Source: Yuukianura sp. NJ FZ-2021 (Eukaryota). From it: a stretch of DNA of 64,000 bases. The stretch lies in assembly GCA_046563655.1 (NCBI GenBank), contig CM102283.1, forward strand, positions 5,270,001-5,334,000, given 5' to 3'. Numbering within the stretch: position 1 is the stretch's first letter; every line of letters begins with the position of its first letter. Position numbers and translations under genes: made by a program. Below the pieces are notes generated by a model, which worked only from the letters and a program-made list of their open reading frames with translations, had not been told where the DNA came from and did no database searches. Positions 57,801 to 64,000 of the stretch are shown in pieces.

Positions 57801-60800
57801 CAAAACATTAGAAAGATTTGGTTATTTGTCGCAAATTTTGGTTTTTGTCGTTTGCACTTTTCCATATTCTCACGGTGCTCTACGTTTTTCACAGCTGCGT
57901 TAATCATTGACGTTGACAAATGAACGGGTTTGTCAAGAGACATTCCGCAAAAAAATCCTGAGGTTTTATGTACTTCACTTGTTAGTAGTAATAATTTTTT
58001 ACTATTTCTGATTTTTCAACAGTCTTTAATTGTCCCATTTTGAAGGAAGACGAAATCCTGGCGTAGCAATCGGTCTGAGAAACCCTAGAAAATTTGTAAA
58101 AGCTTGAAAAAAAATTTTCTTGATACTTATTATCAACAAATTAATTAATTATCAATCAATCAATCAATTTTTATTTGATTTGGCCTTTTGCTCTATCAAT
58201 TACAAATCCTGCAGCTCGTTTAAGTTAAGTAATAAATCAAAGTAGCATAAATCAAATATGTAGGAAAGGTAAAATAAACGGTTGTAAACCGGTGTACGTA
58301 AGTAGCGAAGATAGCGCCCCCCCCCCCGGGAGTGGGGGTGGGTTTCCCCCACTTTCCCGCCACCTTTTTCCGAGTGAGTAGAAATGGGTTCCCCGGGGAT
58401 CCCCCGGGGGTGGGTGGAGATGAGTTCCCCCGGGGGGAATGGAGACAGGTTCCCCCCTGAGGAGTGGAGATGGGTTCACCCGGGGGAGTGGGGGTGGGTT
58501 CCACCACTTCTTCCATTTGGACAACAGGAGAACGCTAAAATTAAAAAAGTTGACCTTTGACCCGGAAGGAGGTCACTTGGGGTCATGTGGTGTACACAAA
58601 AGTTGTTGTACTCGATGAGACGAACAACTTTTGTAGAGGTCATTTTCCGTGTTACCGGGGATTAAACCGGTTGACCTTGACCTTTGACCCGGAAGGAGTT
58701 GACCCACCGGGATGATATTCAATAGTGAACATCACCGGGTCACTAGGTGTCCCGCGGTGAAAACAGATCCCGGAAATGTTTAACCGTTTCCGAGATAATT
58801 GCCGCCAACCGACGGCCGGCCAGACAGACAAGGTCGATGTATAAAGTAGCTTCGCTGCTTAATAAGTAAGATGATGCAATACAGAGTCCATAATAAAATT
58901 TGGGAGATTTGATGATGCGTACAATGGGGAAAATCACGGGAGTCCCCGGGTTCATTGGTCCAGCAGCGTTGGCTCGAACATTGAAAGCGCTCTTTGATTT
59001 AGAATGTGGAGGTTCTTGATAAATGTGATGTCTTTGAAATGGGAACTGACCCAGACAATTGGACATTGGTGCGGTGGGATGTGCAGATGGTTTCGGTGTG
59101 TATTAGTCTGTAGACAGGCCCATAGAGCGTGGTAGTAAGACATTTGGTCCCCACAGAAACTGCAGTACTTTTCTTTGATCTGACCGAGGTCAAGCCATTT
59201 TCGCTTGTTGTAGGTCTGGTTCATGTTCAGTCGGATCTGAATGACTGTTCTGGTGAGGTAGGCTGGGAACCGTTTAGACAGTAATTCCTTCGCTGGGAAA
59301 TCTTCCTCAAGGGTAGAGTAATGTGGTATGGAACGGGACAGCGATGCCCTTCTCTTGTCTGATTCCCGGGAGAAGTTCGCAAGGTTCTTGGTTACTGTTT
59401 TTGTTTTTCATCTGATGTCTTGAATGTTTCCGCCGTCATAGGTGCCCTTTTCCCCGATTTGTGTAAGGGCAGCTCTAAGCTGTAGGCACCAACTGTATTT
59501 TTGGTCAGGGTGGAGTAACGTAACTTTCCTTAGTTGTAGATATGCGTTGTCCGTAAGGTCAGAACAGGCTTTGCGGTGTAATTTTGTGAGCAAGTGCCTG
59601 GCTCTTTTGACAATTTCGAATTCTAAAGGAAGAGACTCTGTTTCTAGCCGTATCAAGTAGCTGGAATTTGTGAACGGTAAGTGGAAAACTCGTTTGTAGT
59701 AGTTTTGTTGAACCGTTTCTACTGTGTTAGAGTGGGGTAGACCCCAGGTTTCACAGCTGTATAAGGCTGTGGATTTTACAAGTGAATTTAGTAGCATCTT
59801 AGCCGTCCATAAGCCGATGTAAGGAGATTTTTTGGGTAAGCCAAAAACTGCTCTTTGTGCTGAAATTCCCTTCTCTACTGCGCTCCTTGCAGCTTTTTGA
59901 AATGTGCCGTTAGATTGGAAAGTCACACCAAGGTACTTATATTCTCCCACTGTTTTTATCCGAGTTCCATTCCAAAAGAACAGGTCCTCTTGTCTTAGTC
60001 TCCCTGATCGACGGAATGGTACTACCTTTGTTTTTGTGGAATTGACATGGAGACCTCTTGTTTTGAAGAAGTTGGAGGCAATTTTGATTTTCTTCTGAGG
60101 CAGCTCCTTGGACTGAGCTGTGATGACAAGGTCATCAGCGTATAGGAGAACATGAATAATGCGGGAGCCCGGAGTGTAGCCTTTGAGTAATGAATTGGTA
60201 AACCTGTTTACGAGGTTTTCAATGAAAGAATTGAAAAAGGTGGGACTGGCAGATTCACCTTGGAGCACCCCTTTCATTATTTTAATGGGGTCCGTGAGTC
60301 CTTCGCTGGTGTTAATTTGCGTAGTGGCGTTGTCATAGAGGCACTTGAATACATTTAGAAATTTAGTTGAGATGCCCACGTTTCCCAGGACCTCCCAGAG
60401 GAGAAAGTGGTTAGGAGTATCAAAAGCCTGGGACGGGTCGACGAATACGACATATAACTCTTTTTGCTTTGAGATCTGACATTGAATCATAGCCATTAAT
60501 GTAAATATGTGCAGGATACAGATTTTCTGAAGCCCGCTTGAAAATCTGAAATTTTGTTGTTGACATTTACCCAGTTGTTGAGTCTAGTGTTCAGCACTTT
60601 AGTAAACAGCTTTAGTATTGTATTCATCAACGATATTGGACGATAATTTCCCGGCTGGTCTTTTGGTCCTTTTTTGTGTATTGGGACTATTCGAATATTA
60701 CACCAATGAGTTGGCAGAATCCCGTTCTGTAGGATATTTTGGAAAAGAGTAACCAGGAATATTAGAATCTTTGGGGTTTCCATAATTCATTCGGGATTCT

Positions 60801-63800
60801 GTCAGGGCCTGTTGCCTTGCGTGTCCTCAACGATTTTGTTGCCATTCTTATCTCAATTGCTGTTACGTCACGATATAGTATTTCATTTTCTATGAACGGT
60901 GTAGGTGATTAATTAATTATTATTAAACAAAATATAATCAAATAATCGAAAAATTATTAGTTGGTATTATTTTCCTGACATGGTAAACATTTTAGGTCAA
61001 CCTTCCCGTGGCAACAAATTTCAAGCGTCTACTTTTACATGCTACACCCTGCATATACTTAAATAATTTTAGTACAGGATGGTCGCTCTGCGACCATGTA
61101 CGCTTTCACGAGCTTTGTTTGCTCTCTCAAGTTCTTTGTTGTGGCGATGCACACGCGAGTACGTACGCGAAATTAACAATTAAAGAACACTGCGTTTACT
61201 ACAGATTCTTGAGAAAACGCGTTGTACTGGAATTGGGGAAGTCATTTCTATTTCAATTTCCATTCCGTTCTCCATAAAGAGCGATACAGCAACTTCGTTC
61301 CCTAAATATTTTTTTTTCGAAATTTTGAATAGAGTTGTTCACCTACGTAACCCTTGGGTTTCAACCCTACGGCCATGCGAATCATGGCTAACAAACAAAC
61401 TAATCAAAAATTTAACGTGTGGAGTTGACGGCTGAAAAAACTGAATTTCCGAGACCACCACGACATAAGTCGAGAGAGTTCGTGCAGAAAGGTATGGTCG
61501 AGAGTTCACTACTATGTTTGAAAAATTATGTAATTTTATTTAAAGGAGGACTGTATTATTATTCCTCACAACTTGGTAATATTTGCACAAGTCGTCGATT
61601 ACCCCGATGTCGGTAAAGAGAATTGGATTCATCCGATGATCTTGACAGATGGAACAGTTATTAATTTTCCTGAGGGAATGAAGACTTGCAGCAGCAAATC
61701 TAACATGACTGCCCCAACGCAAATTTCGTCTCTTACGAAGGATGAGTTCACAGTTTACTCGAATCCTCTGGAACTTTTCAAGTACGTTTTATGTCTATAC
61801 AAGTAACATCTACCACATAGCGGTACTAATTTAAAAAGTACAGTAAAAATAATGGCCGCAATATTTAATTGTGACTCAGTAAAAAATGGTCATTTCAAAA
61901 CCTTTGAACTTTATCATTCATCTGCGTAACGAATACTCAAATTGTGCATAAAATGCGATCGATATTTTTTTTTCATTTAGATTGGAACTTGGTGGTAATG
62001 GATTGGTAAATGAAACAGATATGGTGAGATTGCCTTTCGAAAGTACAGGCACTGGAATTGCTACCGCCATATTTTCATGGTGGACTTTGGAGTTGGACAA
62101 GGAACGAGAAATAAACATAACACTAAAACCGTACTGGGCTGGTGGATCAGCACACGATGTGCGGTATCATTGGAGCCCAGTCGTATACTATGGACAAGCA
62201 GACTTTGAGCTTAAAGAAAACACAAGATATTACTTAGAAGGATTTCGCGGGAAACAGTACTCAGAAGGCAGAATCGACATGTGCTTTCGCATTTCATCAA
62301 GCAGCAACATTATACTTCCAAATCCACAACCTTGGGATAACCGTTGCCAATGCGGATTTCATGGAGTATCTACATACCAAGTTCGCAAATGGAATGATCA
62401 AAAATTGATGGGGCAGTACGTGCTGGCTTTGAAGTCGATGATTGTACCCGGGCATTCAATACTTTTGTGCTTGAGCGACGCTACAGCAACAATTTTGCAT
62501 ATAATAGCGCACTACCTAGGTGCAAAAAAAATTTACGTCAAGCTACGATATAAGACCGATGGTCAGCGAGCTGCTAGATTTGCTGAACTATGTGGTGTAA
62601 ACTCGGGGATAGAATTTGTGACTTCGAATCAGATGCAATCGGTTGCGAAAAAGGTAAGTTAAAACTTTCTTCACAACTTCGATTGTCTTTTGTACGTTTT
62701 TGATTTCAAAAATACGGGTTGTGTATAAATTAGGAATACGAATAATATATAGATCACAACTTTTTTAAATGTAGATATTATTGTGGCGGTAACACAATGA
62801 AGATCAAGTTTACTGCAGTAGTTGTTTGTTGGAAAGGCATCGTGCGATTTAGAGAACAATTTTGCATCGATGCGCAATTAATGTTGAACAAAAGACATTC
62901 TCGTTTGTGCATCTTTCCCTTATACTTTAGAGTTTCAGCATTCGTTTCGAGTAAACTGCGTTGAGACTCTGACGATCTGTAATTTATTATCAAGAGTGCT
63001 TAATTGACCGCCATCTGAGGTCGCTGGAAATTTGTTTATATTTTCTACCAAACAATTTGCCAAATGTTCAAATGTGATATATATCAATAACGCCATTTGA
63101 TCTATACACTGTAAGTACAAAATAATTAACAATTTGAAAATTCTCTAGGTGACTGCTGTAATCGGAGATCCCTTTTTTATGAAAGACCAAGAAAGTCCAA
63201 TGTTTAACCCGTTTTCGACACTGTCTCACGTTGATGATCACGAAATATTGTGGTATCATCTTCGCTATTTTCGTTTTCTGCAAGAAATGGGTCTGACCTC
63301 AAACCAAACACGCCTGTCTCCATTTAAAGCCGTAATTCGTGGTGTTCTCATGCGGTTTGAAAAACTTTCCAGAATCAATACTCCTCTCCGCAGTATTCTA
63401 GAAGGAGAATTCACCATAAATGGATTTGCTGACTCGTACATGGTAGACTTATTCCTTCAAAATTTATCTAATTTATCTACAATTTATTCAGCGATTTATT
63501 TATTTATCTCTTGTTCATCTAATAGCAAATGTATTTTTAAATATTTCAACTTAGGACAAAGCGGTGGAAGACCCGAGCGGAGTGGGCTATGAATTTCTAT
63601 GGCAGTTTCCAGGAATAGCTTGTTGTGAATCCTTCGATATTTTAGACATCCATAACGACGGAGTTCTAATGAAAACATCTACTTCAGAGTGCAAGGCAGA
63701 GCGTGAGGAATTGGAGCCGAATGGATTAGCAATTTGGATTGATTGGCATTTGGCAGAAAATGTCATCGCATCATATGGACCTGCAAGTGACATTGTTGTT

Positions 63801-63944
63801 GGAAATCCAGTCAAATGGACAAATGTAACTAAACAAGCAGTCAAGTTACATCATTGTGGTTGGAAAGATGCTGTGAAGTTTACAACTGAGTACTCCTTGC
63901 TTGCGGCCACTGTTCGGTTTGAATTCAATAATGAGTTTGAGTAA
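51866..63944 (+). CDS. PRMT7-like protein arginine methyltransferase (two tandem modules), divergent; 7 exons identified
   Basis: SAYWDMLHDHDR|NAKY, motif I ALDIGTGCGVLAMMA, VYACE, KANLLITELFASTIFDE (double-E loop), WWTLELD and RYHW (THW-loop position). A second module carries WNDQ, VIGDPFF and NGLAIWIDW. Exons ~51866-51973, 52052-52201, 56599-56826, 61546-61781, 61981-62653, 63149-63442 and 63555-63944. An upstream exon is not excluded. Confidence 0.85.
52240..52637. mobile_element. hAT-type MITE
   Basis: TIR cagtgttggtgga / tccaccaacactg, perfect 8-bp TSD attttgac, and subterminal gtggatatccac palindromes. Confidence 0.88.
53392..53881. mobile_element. Long-TIR CAAGG-ended MITE inserted in the first HINE unit
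   Basis: ~100-bp TIRs (caaggcaactaaac...ggtggggcggattgtt and its reverse complement) with perfect 8-bp TSD attaaatt. Confidence 0.88.
54318..54476. mobile_element. PIF/Harbinger (Tourist-like) MITE
   Basis: ~50-bp TIRs cgcccgatacggacttaccgtactgccctcgtgca... / ...tgcacgagggcagtacggtaagtccgtatcggacg, flanked by TAA on both sides. Confidence 0.78.
58153..60907 (-). mobile_element. 5'-truncated, frameshifted non-LTR retrotransposon (LINE; RTE/RTEX-like, clade uncertain)
   Basis: RT motifs KATGPD, PIHKKG, NYRPISL, QAGFRK, AFD, GVLQGESASP, LLYADD and YKYLGV. C-terminal CSFC...H...C. 3' aataaa plus (attg)n tail. 13-bp TSD attaattaattat at 58140-58152 and 60908-60920. Confidence 0.9.
58271..58865 (-). 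mobile_element. HINE (same family as 901-1939) inserted in the LINE 3' UTR
   Basis: Minus strand has 5' hairpin aagcagcgaagctactt, a short GTCY tract, a core colinear with 987-1235, a G/C-run central region, 3' cttcgctactt and stem-loop cggtt-tac-aaccg. Confidence 0.82.
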
Positions 63945-64000
63945 CAGGAACGTCGGCACAATTGCCTTTCAGTATCATAAGCTTTACATCCGAGCATCAT

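Larger units (their letters stand above)
57046..61051 (-). mobile_element. Decayed Tc1/mariner-superfamily transposon (~1.24 kb once inserts are removed)
   Basis: TIRs cagggtgtgtgcgtaaaagtagatgct / agcgtctacttttacatgctacaccctg. The minus strand holds a relic transposase with stops: KICFAEEVTF, PHWM, IVGTFFYEGNINSEIYLQML, YYQQDGA and PDLAPL. Confidence 0.75.

Overview
This is AT-rich eukaryotic (animal) genomic DNA with short GT-AG introns, not prokaryotic DNA. The gene mix suggests a soil arthropod such as a springtail (Collembola), but that is inference and cannot be confirmed here. I could build 13 protein-coding gene models by hand. In order they are: an ABCC4/MRP4-like exporter, a METTL7/TMT1-like methyltransferase, an intronless microbial-type O-methyltransferase, a clan-2 cytochrome P450, a type I Baeyer-Villiger monooxygenase (BVMO), a branched-chain aminotransferase with a remodelled substrate pocket, a signal-peptide-bearing fungal-type single-RRM protein, a Quiver/Ly6-like GPI protein, an intronless glutamine-synthetase-like ligase, a second BVMO, a secreted catalase-like protein lacking the distal Asn, a fungal-type DUF1479 (Gig2/YbiU) Fe(II)/2OG-fold oxygenase and a divergent PRMT7-like methyltransferase. 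Eleven of the 13 are enzymes or an exporter, mostly of the small-molecule tailoring type. About six look horizontally acquired from fungi or bacteria, and several native-type enzymes carry active-site changes. The window therefore reads like a candidate animal secondary-metabolite (biosynthetic or detoxification) gene cluster, although no core synthase is visible. Introns and intergenic DNA hold many non-autonomous elements: Helentron/DINE-1-like elements (one tandem array), MITEs with TA, TAA or 8-bp target-site duplications (TSDs), and a three-level nest (Tc1/mariner > LINE > HINE). All family calls come from motif recognition by eye, and no database searches were run.
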